From Acetofilamentum sp. (GTDB taxonomy: Bacteria; Hydrothermota; 32-111), in assembly GCA_020721805.1 (NCBI GenBank), contig DYMB01000001.1, positions 43,261-107,260 on the forward strand: a stretch of 64,000 nt of DNA, given 5' to 3'. Positions 39,740 to 50,415 of the stretch are shown here, in pieces; positions within the stretch are counted from its first letter, which is position 1, and every line of letters starts with the position of its first letter. Under the pieces are notes generated by a model that saw nothing but the letters and a program-made list of their open reading frames with translations, was not told the origin of the DNA and searched no databases. Position numbers and translations under genes: made by a program.

Positions 39740-40677
39740 GGGTTTTACAAACATATAATTTACCTTTCGATACTAAAAGTTTTTTTAAAAAGTATAACAT
39801 TGATGTCACAGTTTATGAGAATGGCATATCATATGAAACACTTTTAAATATTATAGAAAACTATGATGGTTTGATCTGCCTTTTAAGTGATAAAATAGAT
39901 GAAAATATTTTAAAGAATGCGAAAAATCTCAAAATCGTTTCAAATTATGCTGTTGGATATGATAACATAGATATAGATTATGCCAGAAAGAATGGTATCT
40001 ATGTTACCAACACCCCTGATGTGCTCTCAGAATCCACAGCGGATATAGTTTTTTCTCTCATACTCTCTGTATCCAGAAGGATCGTTGAGGCTGATAGTTT
40101 TGTTAGAGAAAACAGATTTAAAGGATGGAAACCTGATCTTTTACTTGGGGTTGAACTATATAAAAAGATTCTTGGTATATATGGTTTTGGAAGGATAGGA
40201 AAAGCTGTAGCAAAAAGAGCTAAAGGGTTCGGAATGGATGTCATATATAACACTAACAGAGAAGAGAAAAACGATTATGCATCCTATGTTGATTTTGATA
40301 CCCTTATAACAAAATCAGATTTTATCTCAATAAACACACCACTGAACGAATCCACCAGGTATAGATTTGATCTTGAAATATTCAAAAAGATGAAAAAAAA
40401 TGTTATATTAATAAACACGGCAAGAGGAAAGATAATAAAGGAAAAAGATTTAGTTTTTGCCTTAAAAAATAATCTTATTAAAGGTGCAGGACTTGATGTG
40501 TATGAAAATGAGCCTTTTGTTGAAAATGAACTACTTTCTATGAATAATGTTGTTCTGTTGCCACATATAGGAAGTGCTACTGTTGAAGCGAGAGGAAAGA
40601 TGGCAGAGATATGCACAGAATCTGTAGTTGAGGTGATCATAGAAAAAAGGAGGCCAGAAAAATGCGTAAACTGTTAG
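39736..40677 (+). CDS. D-glycerate dehydrogenase / glyoxylate reductase (D-2-hydroxyacid DH)
   Basis: AVGYDNID, TNTPDVL, GFGRIG, INTARG, GLDVYENEP, PHIGSAT. Confidence 0.9.
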   Translation: MRVLQTYNLPFDTKSFFKKYNIDVTVYENGISYETLLNIIENYDGLICLLSDKIDENILKNAKNLKIVSNYAVGYDNIDIDYARKNGIYVTNTPDVLSESTADIVFSLILSVSRRIVEADSFVRENRFKGWKPDLLLGVELYKKILGIYGFGRIGKAVAKRAKGFGMDVIYNTNREEKNDYASYVDFDTLITKSDFISINTPLNESTRYRFDLEIFKKMKKNVILINTARGKIIKEKDLVFALKNNLIKGAGLDVYENEPFVENELLSMNNVVLLPHIGSATVEARGKMAEICTESVVEVIIEKRRPEKCVNC

Positions 40678-40982
40678 TTTTATCTATTCTTTTTGTTATA
40701 TTTTTACAACCTGTCCTCGGTGACAGTTTTTTCTCCGAGGATAAAATAGATCATCTCTTTACAACATTCGCCATAACAGCCTCTACTTCACTTTTTTCGA
40801 AAAGTATGTTAAAGGACAGTATAAATTTTGAAACTGTATCATTCTCGATAAGTTTACCAATAATCTTTTCATTCGGAAAAGAAATATATGATCACTTTTA
40901 TGATGGTGGGGTTTCATATAAAGATCTGATATACGATTTTATAGGTATAGGACTTGGATTTTTTGTTGTGAGGTTAAAATGA
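40662..40982 (+). CDS. Small membrane/secreted protein (YfiM/VanZ-like)
   Basis: Signal peptide, DKIDH, GKEIYD, SYKDLIYD..G. Confidence 0.55.
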   Translation: MRKLLVLSILFVIFLQPVLGDSFFSEDKIDHLFTTFAITASTSLFSKSMLKDSINFETVSFSISLPIIFSFGKEIYDHFYDGGVSYKDLIYDFIGIGLGFFVVRLK

Positions 40983-41209
40983 ATATTTTTAAAAAAAGAA
41001 AAGAAAAAAATGATAAGTTTGTAAAGATAAAATTGACTCCGACCGAAATGTTCTATACCAACGCGTTATCAATAGAGGCTTTGGTAAATATTCTTGAAAG
41101 AAAAAATATTCTAAAAAAGGGAGAAGTCCTTGAAGAGATTAAAAAATTGGGAAAAGAAAGAAAAGATAAAATGGAGGAGATAAATGAAAATATCAAAAAG
41201 AATAATTGA
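40979..41209 (+). CDS. Hypothetical protein
   Basis: 76-aa ORF overlapping both neighbours, consistent with translational coupling. Confidence 0.6.
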   Translation: MNIFKKRKEKNDKFVKIKLTPTEMFYTNALSIEALVNILERKNILKKGEVLEEIKKLGKERKDKMEEINENIKKNN

Positions 41210-42380
41210 TATGCAAGAATCACCGATAAGAAAACTCATCTCATATGCGGATGATGCAAAGAGCAGAGGAATCAAAATATATCATTTGAATATAGGGCAA
41301 CCCGATATTCCTACACCCGATTACATCTACGATGCTATAAAAAATTATTCTGAACATGTTTTAGCATATGGACCTTCACAGGGGTTGAAGATTGCAAGGG
41401 AAACCGTTGCCGAATATTTAAATAATATGAATTATGACATCAATCCCGATGAGATTTTTATAACCACTGGAGGTTCAGAGGCGATAATATTCGCAATGAT
41501 GACCGTTGCGGATTATGGCGATGAAATAATAATTCCAGAACCTTTTTATACCAATTATAACGGTTTCGCTTCTATGGCTGGATTAAAAGTTATACCACTT
41601 CTAACAAAGGTTGATACAGGTTTTCATCTTCCAGATGAGAATGAGATAGAAAAACTTATAACTTCCAGAACGAAGGCGATTCTTATATGTTCTCCAAACA
41701 ATCCGACTGGAACAATATTCACAAAAGAAGAGATGGAAATGGTTGTAAAAATAGCGAAAAAACATAACCTTTTTGTCCTTTCCGATGAAGTTTACAGAGA
41801 ATTTGTTTTTGATAACAAAAAACAGACTTCTATACTCGAAGTTGATGGGAGTGCTGAACTTTCCATAATGCTTGATTCGATCTCCAAAAGATTTTCAGCC
41901 TGTGGCGCACGAATAGGTTATCTTGTATCAAAAAATAGAAATGTTATGAAAGGGGTTCTAAAACTCGGACAGGCAAGATTGTGTCCTCCTACGATAGAAC
42001 AGATAGGAATGATAGAAGGATATAAACATATGAACGAATTTATGAAACAGATGATAGAGGAATATCAAAAAAGAAGAGATGTCGTATTCAACAACCTTAT
42101 GAAGGTTGAAGGAGTTTTTACAAGAAAGCCTGAAGGTGCCTTTTATGTTGTTGTCAAACTACCTGTGGATGATGCTGATAATTTTGCAAAATGGATGCTG
42201 ACCGATTTTCAAATTGATGGAAAAACTGTTATGGTTGCACCTGCTAATGGTTTCTATGCTACACCCGATAAAGGAAAGGATGAGATAAGGATAGCGTATG
42301 TGTTGAATGTGAAAGAACTAGAAGATGCTATTAAAATCCTTGCTTCTGGAATTAAAGAGTATAACAAGAGGTTTGGTTGA
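41184..42380 (+). CDS. Class I/II PLP-dependent aminotransferase (aspartate aminotransferase-like)
   Basis: LNIGQPD, SPNNPTG, SDEVYREF, DSISKRFSACGARIG. Confidence 0.92.
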   Translation: MKISKRIIDMQESPIRKLISYADDAKSRGIKIYHLNIGQPDIPTPDYIYDAIKNYSEHVLAYGPSQGLKIARETVAEYLNNMNYDINPDEIFITTGGSEAIIFAMMTVADYGDEIIIPEPFYTNYNGFASMAGLKVIPLLTKVDTGFHLPDENEIEKLITSRTKAILICSPNNPTGTIFTKEEMEMVVKIAKKHNLFVLSDEVYREFVFDNKKQTSILEVDGSAELSIMLDSISKRFSACGARIGYLVSKNRNVMKGVLKLGQARLCPPTIEQIGMIEGYKHMNEFMKQMIEEYQKRRDVVFNNLMKVEGVFTRKPEGAFYVVVKLPVDDADNFAKWMLTDFQIDGKTVMVAPANGFYATPDKGKDEIRIAYVLNVKELEDAIKILASGIKEYNKRFG

Positions 42381-43396
42381 TGGACAGGATAATTTTTGAA
42401 AACAGGTTAAGTTCATACCTTTTACTATTTCTTTTTTTTCTCATAACATCCTTCGTTTTTCTTTTTTTATATATTTACTTTCAGAATAAACCTAAAAGCA
42501 GGATAAAACCTTTTTTGACTCCTTTTATATTTTTACTCTATTCTATATCCTTCAACATCTCACTCTTATCTTTTACAAAATATACACAGGTTTACAATCT
42601 GGTAAAACACTCTACAAAAATATTGTATGTTTTTACCTTTACCTTGTTGTTTATAAAAGTTTCTTATCTTTTGATCGAAAAAATAAATAGAAATAAGGAT
42701 ATAAAAGAAAGAATACACCTTACGGATCAGATAATTTTACTTTTTAAGAGGACGATCCTTTTAGTTTCAATATTTATCTCTTCAATGATAATTTTAAGTT
42801 TCCTGGGAGTGAACATATTATCATTTGTTGCAGGATTTGGAATATTAAGTGGTGCTATAGCACTCGCTTCTCAGGAAGTTTTAACAAACATCATAGGAGG
42901 TATAACAATATTCTTTTCAAAAGATATAAAGGTTGGAGATCTAGTCGATATAGATGGTGAAACAGGCTATGTTTCGAATATAGGATTGAGGGTAACAACC
43001 TTAAAAAGGTTTGATAATAAGACTGTTATAATCCCAAACGGTAGGGTTGTGAAAAGTACCATTGTAAACCATACGGATGTTAATTCAAATAAAATTTCAT
43101 ATACCATACAACTTGAATATCAAACTCCGGTTGAGAAAATAAAAAAAGCTATAGAGATCATAACAGGTATACTTAGCGGTTGTGATCAGATAAAGGATAA
43201 AAATTCAATAAATGTTGGATTCTACAAATTTGATAAATATTCTTTAAATCTCTATGTAAATTTCTCAATAGATAAAGACTCAGATATGGGAGAGGTAAAA
43301 GAATATTTTAATTATCTTTTAAAGTACAATTTTGATAAGGAAGGGCTGAATTTTGCTTTTCCAACACAAACGATAGAATTGAAAAATAAGGAGTGA
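42380..43396 (+). CDS. mscS: MscS family mechanosensitive channel
   Basis: TMs, [37 protein letters not shown]. Confidence 0.88.
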   Translation: MDRIIFENRLSSYLLLFLFFLITSFVFLFLYIYFQNKPKSRIKPFLTPFIFLLYSISFNISLLSFTKYTQVYNLVKHSTKILYVFTFTLLFIKVSYLLIEKINRNKDIKERIHLTDQIILLFKRTILLVSIFISSMIILSFLGVNILSFVAGFGILSGAIALASQEVLTNIIGGITIFFSKDIKVGDLVDIDGETGYVSNIGLRVTTLKRFDNKTVIIPNGRVVKSTIVNHTDVNSNKISYTIQLEYQTPVEKIKKAIEIITGILSGCDQIKDKNSINVGFYKFDKYSLNLYVNFSIDKDSDMGEVKEYFNYLLKYNFDKEGLNFAFPTQTIELKNKE

Positions 43397-43398
43397 TT

Positions 43399-44643
43399 AT
43401 GGAAAAAGAAAATTTAAAAAGAATCGATCCAGAGATCTATAATGCTATAGAAAATGAGAAAAAAAGGCAGACAGAGAAAATCGAACTTATAGCTTCGGAG
43501 AATTTTGTTTCCGATGCTGTTCTTGAAGCACTTGGAAGTGTTATGACCAACAAGTATGCAGAGGGTTATCCTGCTAAAAGATATTATGGAGGATGTGAAT
43601 TTGTTGATGTTGCAGAGAATCTAGCAAGAGAGAGAGCGAAACAACTCTTTAAAGCGGATCATGCCAATGTTCAGCCTCATTCTGGTTCTCAAGCGAATAT
43701 GGTTGCATATTTTGCATTTCTAAAACCTGGAGATACTTTTATGGGTCTTGATCTTTCTCATGGAGGACATCTTACCCACGGTCATCCAATAAGTTTCTCG
43801 GGGATTCTTTACAATGCGGTTCATTATGGAGTTGAAAAGGATACTGAAGTTATAGATTACAAAAAATTAAATGAAAAGGTAAAAGAAGTAAAACCAAAAA
43901 TGATAATAACGGGAGCAAGTGCATATCCGAGGTTCTTTGATTTTGCTAAATTTAAAGAAATATCTGATCAGGTTGGTGCAAAACTTATAGTCGATATAGC
44001 ACATATAGCGGGTCTTGTTGCTGCAGGATTACATCCTTCACCTATTCCATATGCTGATATTGTAACATCCACCACACATAAAACTTTAAGGGGACCAAGA
44101 GGTGGATTAATTCTGTGTAAGGAAGAATACGCATCTGTTGTGGATAAAACACTCTTCCCCGGTATTCAGGGAGGACCCTTGATGCATGTTATTGCAGCAA
44201 AGGCTGTAGCTTTCAAAGAGGCAACAGAGCCATCTTTTAAAGAATATCAAAATCAAGTTTTAAAAAATGCCAAACAACTTGCCCAATCTCTTATGGAAAA
44301 AGGATACCGTCTTGTTTCAGGAGGAACTGATACACATTTGATGCTTGTTGATCTGAGGAGTAAAAGAATTACAGGGAAAATAGCTGAAAAATCTCTGGAT
44401 AAAGCCGGGATCACGGTTAATAAAAACACCATACCGTTTGATCCGGAAAAACCTTTTGTAACGAGTGGCATTAGGATAGGAACACCTGCAATGACAACAA
44501 GGGGAATGAAGGAAGATGAGATGAAAAAAATAGCTACTTTTATAGATCGTGTTTTGTCAAATGTTGAAAATGAAGATGAGATAAATAAAATTAAAGAGGA
44601 AGTGAAAGAATTCACATCAAGTTTTAAACTTTTTTCTTGGTAA
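43399..44643 (+). CDS. glyA: Serine hydroxymethyltransferase
   Basis: [36 protein letters not shown]. Confidence 0.98.
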   Translation: MEKENLKRIDPEIYNAIENEKKRQTEKIELIASENFVSDAVLEALGSVMTNKYAEGYPAKRYYGGCEFVDVAENLARERAKQLFKADHANVQPHSGSQANMVAYFAFLKPGDTFMGLDLSHGGHLTHGHPISFSGILYNAVHYGVEKDTEVIDYKKLNEKVKEVKPKMIITGASAYPRFFDFAKFKEISDQVGAKLIVDIAHIAGLVAAGLHPSPIPYADIVTSTTHKTLRGPRGGLILCKEEYASVVDKTLFPGIQGGPLMHVIAAKAVAFKEATEPSFKEYQNQVLKNAKQLAQSLMEKGYRLVSGGTDTHLMLVDLRSKRITGKIAEKSLDKAGITVNKNTIPFDPEKPFVTSGIRIGTPAMTTRGMKEDEMKKIATFIDRVLSNVENEDEINKIKEEVKEFTSSFKLFSW

Positions 44644-44656
44644 GAAGGAGTAATAA

Positions 44657-45901
44657 ATGGCAATAATAAAACCTTTTAAAGGAATAAGGCCGATTAAGAG
44701 TAAAGTGGAAGAGGTTGCTGCACCGCCTTATGATGTAGTATCGGTGAAGGAAGCAAGGGATTATGTTAAAGCAAAAGAGTATTCATTTTTAAGAGTTGAA
44801 AAATCAGAGATTGAATGTCCTGATGAATGGGATGTCCATGATGAGAGAATATTTCATAAAGGGAAAGAAAACTTTGAGAAATTTTTAAAAGATAAGGTTA
44901 TGAAACAGGATGATGGTGAGTACATCTATCTATACAAACAGATTATGGGAAAACATGAACAGGTTGGAATAGTCGCCTGCGCATCGGTTGATGATTATAT
45001 AAATGATGTTATAAAAAAACATGAACATACAAGGCAGGATAAGGAGATGGAAAGATCGATGCATATCGATATTATTGATGCCAACACAGGTCCAGTTTTT
45101 CTAACCTATAGAAGAGAAAACGAAGTCGATGAGATCGTTGATGAATTTTTACAAAAAAGTAAACCTGAGTATGATTTTTATGATGAACTTAATGTCAGAC
45201 ATATTTTTTACATTATCAAGGATCCAAATATTATAAAAAGGATAGTAAAGATATTTTCAAAGGTTGAAGACCTTTATGTTGCCGATGGCCATCACAGGTC
45301 AGCCGCTGCTGTAAGAATCGCTAGGAAAAGAAGGAGCGAACTCAAAAAATATACAGGTAAAGAAGAGTTCAACTATTTTCTTTCAGTGATCTATCCTGAC
45401 AACCAGCTTCAGATTATGGATTATAACAGAGTTGTTAAAGATCTTAATGGATCCACTAAAGAAAAATTTTTTGAGGAGTTGAAAAAGAAATTTAAAATAA
45501 CAGAGTTAAAATTTGCAAAAAAACCTGAAAAGATACATAATTTTACTATGTATCTTGATGGGAAATGGTATTGTTTAAAAGCCAATGAGGAGATAATTTT
45601 TAGACTAGATCCTATAAAGTCTTTAGATGTTTCAATCTTACAGGACAATATCTTGGATCCGATTCTTGGTATAAAGGAACCCAGAACCGATAAAAGGATA
45701 AACTTTGTTGGTGGCATAAGGGGAATCGAAGAGTTACAAAGATTGGTTGATTCAAAAGAGTATAAAGTAGCATTTGCTTTGTATCCAACAACAATGGAAC
45801 AGTTGATGAATGTTGCTGATTCTGGAAAAGTTATGCCGCCAAAATCGACATGGTTTGAACCAAAATTAAGAAGTGGACTTATAGTTCACAGATTGTCTTG
45901 A
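44657..45901 (+). CDS. DUF1015 family protein
   Basis: APPYDV, IKKHEHT, YVADGHHR, MPPKSTWFEPKLRSGL. Confidence 0.88.
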   Translation: MAIIKPFKGIRPIKSKVEEVAAPPYDVVSVKEARDYVKAKEYSFLRVEKSEIECPDEWDVHDERIFHKGKENFEKFLKDKVMKQDDGEYIYLYKQIMGKHEQVGIVACASVDDYINDVIKKHEHTRQDKEMERSMHIDIIDANTGPVFLTYRRENEVDEIVDEFLQKSKPEYDFYDELNVRHIFYIIKDPNIIKRIVKIFSKVEDLYVADGHHRSAAAVRIARKRRSELKKYTGKEEFNYFLSVIYPDNQLQIMDYNRVVKDLNGSTKEKFFEELKKKFKITELKFAKKPEKIHNFTMYLDGKWYCLKANEEIIFRLDPIKSLDVSILQDNILDPILGIKEPRTDKRINFVGGIRGIEELQRLVDSKEYKVAFALYPTTMEQLMNVADSGKVMPPKSTWFEPKLRSGLIVHRLS

Positions 45902-46687
45902 GTTTTTGATTATTTTGTATATTAAAAAAACAAGAAATGAAACTATTATCATACAGGGACCAGTTGGAAGATCAAAAATGAACGAAATTAATATTCCAGA
46001 GAAAGAGAGTATAAGATTAAAAAGAAAGTTAAACAAAAACATTTTATAGAGATCCGTAAAAAGTTCTTTTGTTATCAAGGGGGCTATGGTTAAAAATACT
46101 ATGTTAACTATAACCCCTGAGATTTTTATCATTATTATTATCCCAAGAGTTATAACAAAATAAAAGATTGTATCAACAAGATTATTGTTAACACCTGTTA
46201 TCTTTGCATATTCGGCATCAAGTAAGATGAAGACAAGTTCTTTAAGGAACATAAAAAATATTATTATGGTTATAATTAAAAATATGAAAAGTATCTTTAA
46301 ATCAAAATTACTTATAGAGAGAATATTTCCAAAAAGATATCCTAAAAAATATCCAGAATAACCTTTTGTAAAACTCAAAAAGATGATTCCGATTGACATA
46401 CCAAGACTCCATATCATTGAAATTGTGGAATCATCATCTATTTTTAATTTTTTACCAAGAAAGAATAGTGTTAAAACGAAAACAATCGTAAAAGGAATGG
46501 TTACAAGAATAGGATTCAATGATAAAAACAGACCAATACCTATACCACCAAAAGCAGCATGGGAAATCCCACCTGAAATATATGTGATTCTTCTTAAGAC
46601 TATAAAAGTTCCAATTATCGATGCAAGCATAGAGTAGAGTAACAGCGCAATTATTATCGATTGAAAAAATTTATAGCCTAAAATCAT
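45866..46687 (-). CDS. znuB: Zn/Mn ABC transporter permease
   Basis: GTFIVLRR, ISHAAFGG, YLFGNIL, DLPTGP. Confidence 0.88.
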   Translation of the reverse strand: MILGYKFFQSIIIALLLYSMLASIIGTFIVLRRITYISGGISHAAFGGIGIGLFLSLNPILVTIPFTIVFVLTLFFLGKKLKIDDDSTISMIWSLGMSIGIIFLSFTKGYSGYFLGYLFGNILSISNFDLKILFIFLIITIIIFFMFLKELVFILLDAEYAKITGVNNNLVDTIFYFVITLGIIIMIKISGVIVNIVFLTIAPLITKELFTDLYKMFLFNFLFNLILSFSGILISFIFDLPTGPCMIIVSFLVFLIYKIIKNSRQSVNYKSTS

Positions 46688-47400
46688 AATATTTTATGAT
46701 CCTTATGATCTATAATGTTTAACTCAAAACCATACATTCTGTTCATTATTTTTTCCATATTTTTATCTAAATTTCCATCAAAGTTTATTCTCCTGTTTAG
46801 GCAGATTATTCTTTTTATCTTTTTTGATAAAACACCAAGATCGTGTGAGACAAAGATTATAGACATTTTTTTCTGTAATATCTCGAGAAGGTCATAAAAT
46901 TCGGATTGAGCCTTAAAATCTATAAAAGATGTCGGTTCATCGAGTATCACAATCGATGGATCGTTAACAAGTGCTCTTGCCAGCAGAACCTTTTGTAGTT
47001 CTCCTCCCGAAAGGTTTTTCAATCTTTTTTTAGCCAGATTTTCAATATTGAGTAAATTTAAGATTTCAAAAAGTTTTTTGTTATCCATAGGTTCAGACTT
47101 TTTAAACAATCCTCTATATCTTGCAAGAAGAATAAAATCTTTTACAGAAATTGGGAAGTCAATGTAATTTGATTTTTGTGGTAAATATCCAAATTTCAAC
47201 TTATCCTTTTTTACTATCGTTCCTGACAGTGGTTTATAAAGGCCAAGGATCAACTTTAAGAGTGTTGTTTTGCCTCCACCGTTTGGGCCTATTATTGCGA
47301 TCAACTCATTTTTAAAAATCGTTAAATTGATATTGTCAAGAACGATATATTTATCAAAACTGAATGAAAGATTTTTAATCTCAATAAGAATCTCATTCAT
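46684..47400 (-). CDS. znuC: Zn/Mn ABC transporter ATPase
   Basis: GPNGGGKTT, LSGGE, ILDEP, VSHD and a His-containing C terminus. Confidence 0.9.
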   Translation of the reverse strand: MNEILIEIKNLSFSFDKYIVLDNINLTIFKNELIAIIGPNGGGKTTLLKLILGLYKPLSGTIVKKDKLKFGYLPQKSNYIDFPISVKDFILLARYRGLFKKSEPMDNKKLFEILNLLNIENLAKKRLKNLSGGELQKVLLARALVNDPSIVILDEPTSFIDFKAQSEFYDLLEILQKKMSIIFVSHDLGVLSKKIKRIICLNRRINFDGNLDKNMEKIMNRMYGFELNIIDHKDHKIL

Positions 47401-48215
47401 AAGCTTTTCATAAATTCTAAAATTTTTTCGAAATTTGTCAACGGATTTTCAAGCGGGTTTACGAATAATGTCTTTACCTTCAGCTCTTTTTGAAATCTGG
47501 CTGCATAGTTTGATGATGATATATTGGTATAGATAAATATTCTTACATTCTCCTTTGAAATATTTTTATCGAATCTTGTCAGATCTTTAATCGTTGTCAT
47601 ATCCTCATTCTCTGAAAGTTTTTCGATTTCAAGCCCAAATTCATTGCCTAAATATGCGAATGCATTGTGATCCACAAAAATTTTTCTAACATTTTTTTGA
47701 GAAACTGTTTTTTTGATCTCTTCTTTTAACGAATCCAGTCTTGTGATCAACCTCTCATACCTTTTTTTTAAACTATCCTTATCATCGATTCTATAAAAAC
47801 TGAAACTATCAAAAAGTATGGTCGAAAAAATTTTTAGATTATCCAGAGAGAGCCAGACATGTTTATCATAAATTGTTTTTAAGGTTTTTCCAAGTTCTAT
47901 TTTAATAGCTTTATTTGCATATTCTAATAATTGATTTTTATTTTTTTCCTCAAATTCCAGATTGGATTCGAGTGTTATAAAAAAATCTGCTCCGGAAAGA
48001 ATAACCAACTTTGAAGGTGATAATTCTGCAGTATGTGGATCGCTGTTTTTATCAAGAAGTGAAATGCTCGATGTTTTTGTAGTGTCAAGAAGTAAATCGA
48101 CGAACTCTTTTAAAGGCGAAATGGTTGAAACAACAACAGTTTTTTTTGTTTGAACATTTTTGCATGAAAAGATAAAACTTATAAGCAGAATTATAACAAA
48201 AACTTTACTTTTCAT
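47397..48215 (-). CDS. znuA: Zn/Mn ABC substrate-binding lipoprotein
   Basis: Lipobox FSC, DPH, D.HVWLS, H.AF.Y. Confidence 0.85.
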   Translation of the reverse strand: MKSKVFVIILLISFIFSCKNVQTKKTVVVSTISPLKEFVDLLLDTTKTSSISLLDKNSDPHTAELSPSKLVILSGADFFITLESNLEFEEKNKNQLLEYANKAIKIELGKTLKTIYDKHVWLSLDNLKIFSTILFDSFSFYRIDDKDSLKKRYERLITRLDSLKEEIKKTVSQKNVRKIFVDHNAFAYLGNEFGLEIEKLSENEDMTTIKDLTRFDKNISKENVRIFIYTNISSSNYAARFQKELKVKTLFVNPLENPLTNFEKILEFMKSL

Positions 48216-49476
48216 TTTTTAACTCCCGTTTTAATTTTTTGTAATAGTTTAATCTTTTTAACATATCTCTTTCGAATCCTCTTTCAACTGGAGAGTAAAA
48301 AATTTTTTCGGTTACCTTGTCTGGAAAATATTTTTCAACCACAAAACTGTTTTCATATTCTGGTGGATACTTGTAATCCTTTCCATATCCTTCTTTTATA
48401 TCAAACTCTGTAACAGGATTTCTAAATTTTAAAGGAACTTCAACATGTGAGGTTTCCTTGGCATAATCTATAGCGGATTGGTAAGCCTTATAAACGGATA
48501 TAGATTTCGGAGATAAAGCAAGATATATTGCACACTGTAAAAGTGATAGTTCACCTTCCGGAGATCCCAGTTTCTCATATGCCTCGTAGGCGTTGTTCGC
48601 TATGATCAGCGCCTGAGGATCAGCGTTTCCAATATCTTCGGATGCTATCCTTATCATTCTTCTACCTATATATAACGGATCTTCCCCACCTACTATCATC
48701 CGAGCAAAATAATATATTGCAGCATCAACATCACTTCCCCTTACGGATTTATGAAATGCTGATATTATGGTGTAGTGTTGATCACCTGATTTATCATACT
48801 GTATGAGTTTTTTTGAGGTTATCAGTTTTTCAAATTCCTTATCATCCTGTACATTTTTTAACTCATCGTAAAAATTTTGTATGATGTTTATCATCTGTCT
48901 TGCATCGTTGTTTGAAAGTTTAACTATCCTTTTTATTATATTTTCGTTTAAAGGATCTATGTTCAATTTTTTTAAAATATCGGTGGCGATTTCAATGAGA
49001 TCATCGTCTTCGAGACGATTGAAGATAAAAACAGTTGTTCTTGATAATAATGCTGGAACCAATTCGTAGGATGGGTTTTCAGTCGTTGTTCCAATAATGA
49101 TGATTTTACCATTTTCCACATAGGGTAACAAAGAATCCTGCTGTATTCTGTTCATACGATGTATCTCATCGATTATGATAAGAAGAGATGTTGAATGGGT
49201 TTCATCAACTATTTTTTTTAGATTCGTTGTTGAAAAATTTATCCCATTTATAGAGAGTTTTGGAAGTGTTAAACTGTTGGCTATTATATTCGCCAGGGTT
49301 GATTTGCCTGAACCGGGTGGACCAACAAAGATCATTGAACAGATTATATTTTTTTGTATAAATTTCCTTATCAGTCCATTCTCTCCAACAAGGTGTTTCT
49401 GTCCTACAAATTCGTCGAGTGATGTTGGTCTGAATTTTTGTGCAAAAGGTATAGTTTTAGAATCCATAGTTTCCAT
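48205..49476 (-). CDS. rarA: Replication-associated recombination protein RarA/MgsA
   Basis: RP.SLDE.VGQ.HL, GPPGSGKST, DEIHR, SAFHKSVRGSD, ASEDIGNADP. Confidence 0.95.
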   Translation of the reverse strand: METMDSKTIPFAQKFRPTSLDEFVGQKHLVGENGLIRKFIQKNIICSMIFVGPPGSGKSTLANIIANSLTLPKLSINGINFSTTNLKKIVDETHSTSLLIIIDEIHRMNRIQQDSLLPYVENGKIIIIGTTTENPSYELVPALLSRTTVFIFNRLEDDDLIEIATDILKKLNIDPLNENIIKRIVKLSNNDARQMINIIQNFYDELKNVQDDKEFEKLITSKKLIQYDKSGDQHYTIISAFHKSVRGSDVDAAIYYFARMIVGGEDPLYIGRRMIRIASEDIGNADPQALIIANNAYEAYEKLGSPEGELSLLQCAIYLALSPKSISVYKAYQSAIDYAKETSHVEVPLKFRNPVTEFDIKEGYGKDYKYPPEYENSFVVEKYFPDKVTEKIFYSPVERGFERDMLKRLNYYKKLKRELKNEK

Positions 49477-50098
49477 CAAAAAGAATCACAGAAATCCTTT
49501 TATGGGGGAAAGACATTTTTGTTATAACCGTTGTATAACATATGCTATCAGGGTGTTCACAATCAACACATTTGTTTAAATACACACATGGGGTTTGAAG
49601 ATTGAACCTTTTACAGTTTAAATATGCTGCTATGTTTTTTGCCCTCTCTATACCGCTATCGATATCCTTTGTTATCTTGTTTGTTGATGCGATGATGACA
49701 ACCTTTTTGGGTCCAAAAATAAGTGATGCAACCCTGTTTCCTCTTTTATCTATATTTATCAAAGCTCCAGTTGATGCGATAGCGTTAGATGACATAAAGT
49801 AAATATCACATAGAAGAGCAGCCCTTTCAGATTCAATTTTCTCCAATTCACCTTTTTGACTCTCTCTTTCTATATATTTCCCCCCATTTTCAATTATGAA
49901 ATCCTTCAATTTAGTTTGAACAAGAGTTGTTGAACCTCCAAAGGCAAAAGATTGATAGATCTGAAGATATTCTTTAATTTTCTCTTTTACCTCTTCGAGT
50001 GTTTTATAGTAGTAAACTTCAAAATAATGTTTTTGAAGATTGATAATTGTTTTTTCAACTATTCTATCCAATAAAGTATTCTCCCGCAGTTTGGACAT
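49457..50098 (-). CDS. LUD/LutC-like (DUF1121) domain protein
   Basis: GGSTTL, SSNAI, NID..GNRVA, NKI, C-terminal TPC...C.DC....IC. Confidence 0.78.
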   Translation of the reverse strand: MSKLRENTLLDRIVEKTIINLQKHYFEVYYYKTLEEVKEKIKEYLQIYQSFAFGGSTTLVQTKLKDFIIENGGKYIERESQKGELEKIESERAALLCDIYFMSSNAIASTGALINIDKRGNRVASLIFGPKKVVIIASTNKITKDIDSGIERAKNIAAYLNCKRFNLQTPCVYLNKCVDCEHPDSICYTTVITKMSFPHKRISVILFDGNYGF

Positions 50099-50415
50099 GT
50101 TATTATTTTATTATTTTTATCACTTTCAGAAATATAACTGGTAGGAAGAGTTGCAAAACATCCATAACAGACACCATCGTTTACCTGTGCTACAGCTCTC
50201 AATTTGTATTTTTTCTGTATCCTCTCGTACTTGATTAAAAGTGTAGGCTCTATCTTCTTTCTTATACTTTCTCTGAGTTTTTTTATTTCATTCTCTTTCG
50301 CCTGAACTCTAAATCCGATGGCTTCCTCTTTTTCTTTTATTCTTTCATTTTTCAATTCTTCGAGTTGGGTATCAAGGTCGCTTAACTGGATCAGGAAATG
50401 TAATTGTAAATTCAT
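50059..50415 (-). CDS. Short C4 zinc-ribbon (zf-RING_7-like) protein
   Basis: L.QLSDLD, YERI, CYGC...LP, CPNCGRILY. Confidence 0.82.
   Translation of the reverse strand: MNLQLHFLIQLSDLDTQLEELKNERIKEKEEAIGFRVQAKENEIKKLRESIRKKIEPTLLIKYERIQKKYKLRAVAQVNDGVCYGCFATLPTSYISESDKNNKIITCPNCGRILYWIE

Noticed and set aside
45866..45901. Strand switch as replication terminus
   Set aside because: Base skew here follows coding strand and cannot be separated from it by eye. No dif site was seen nearby.
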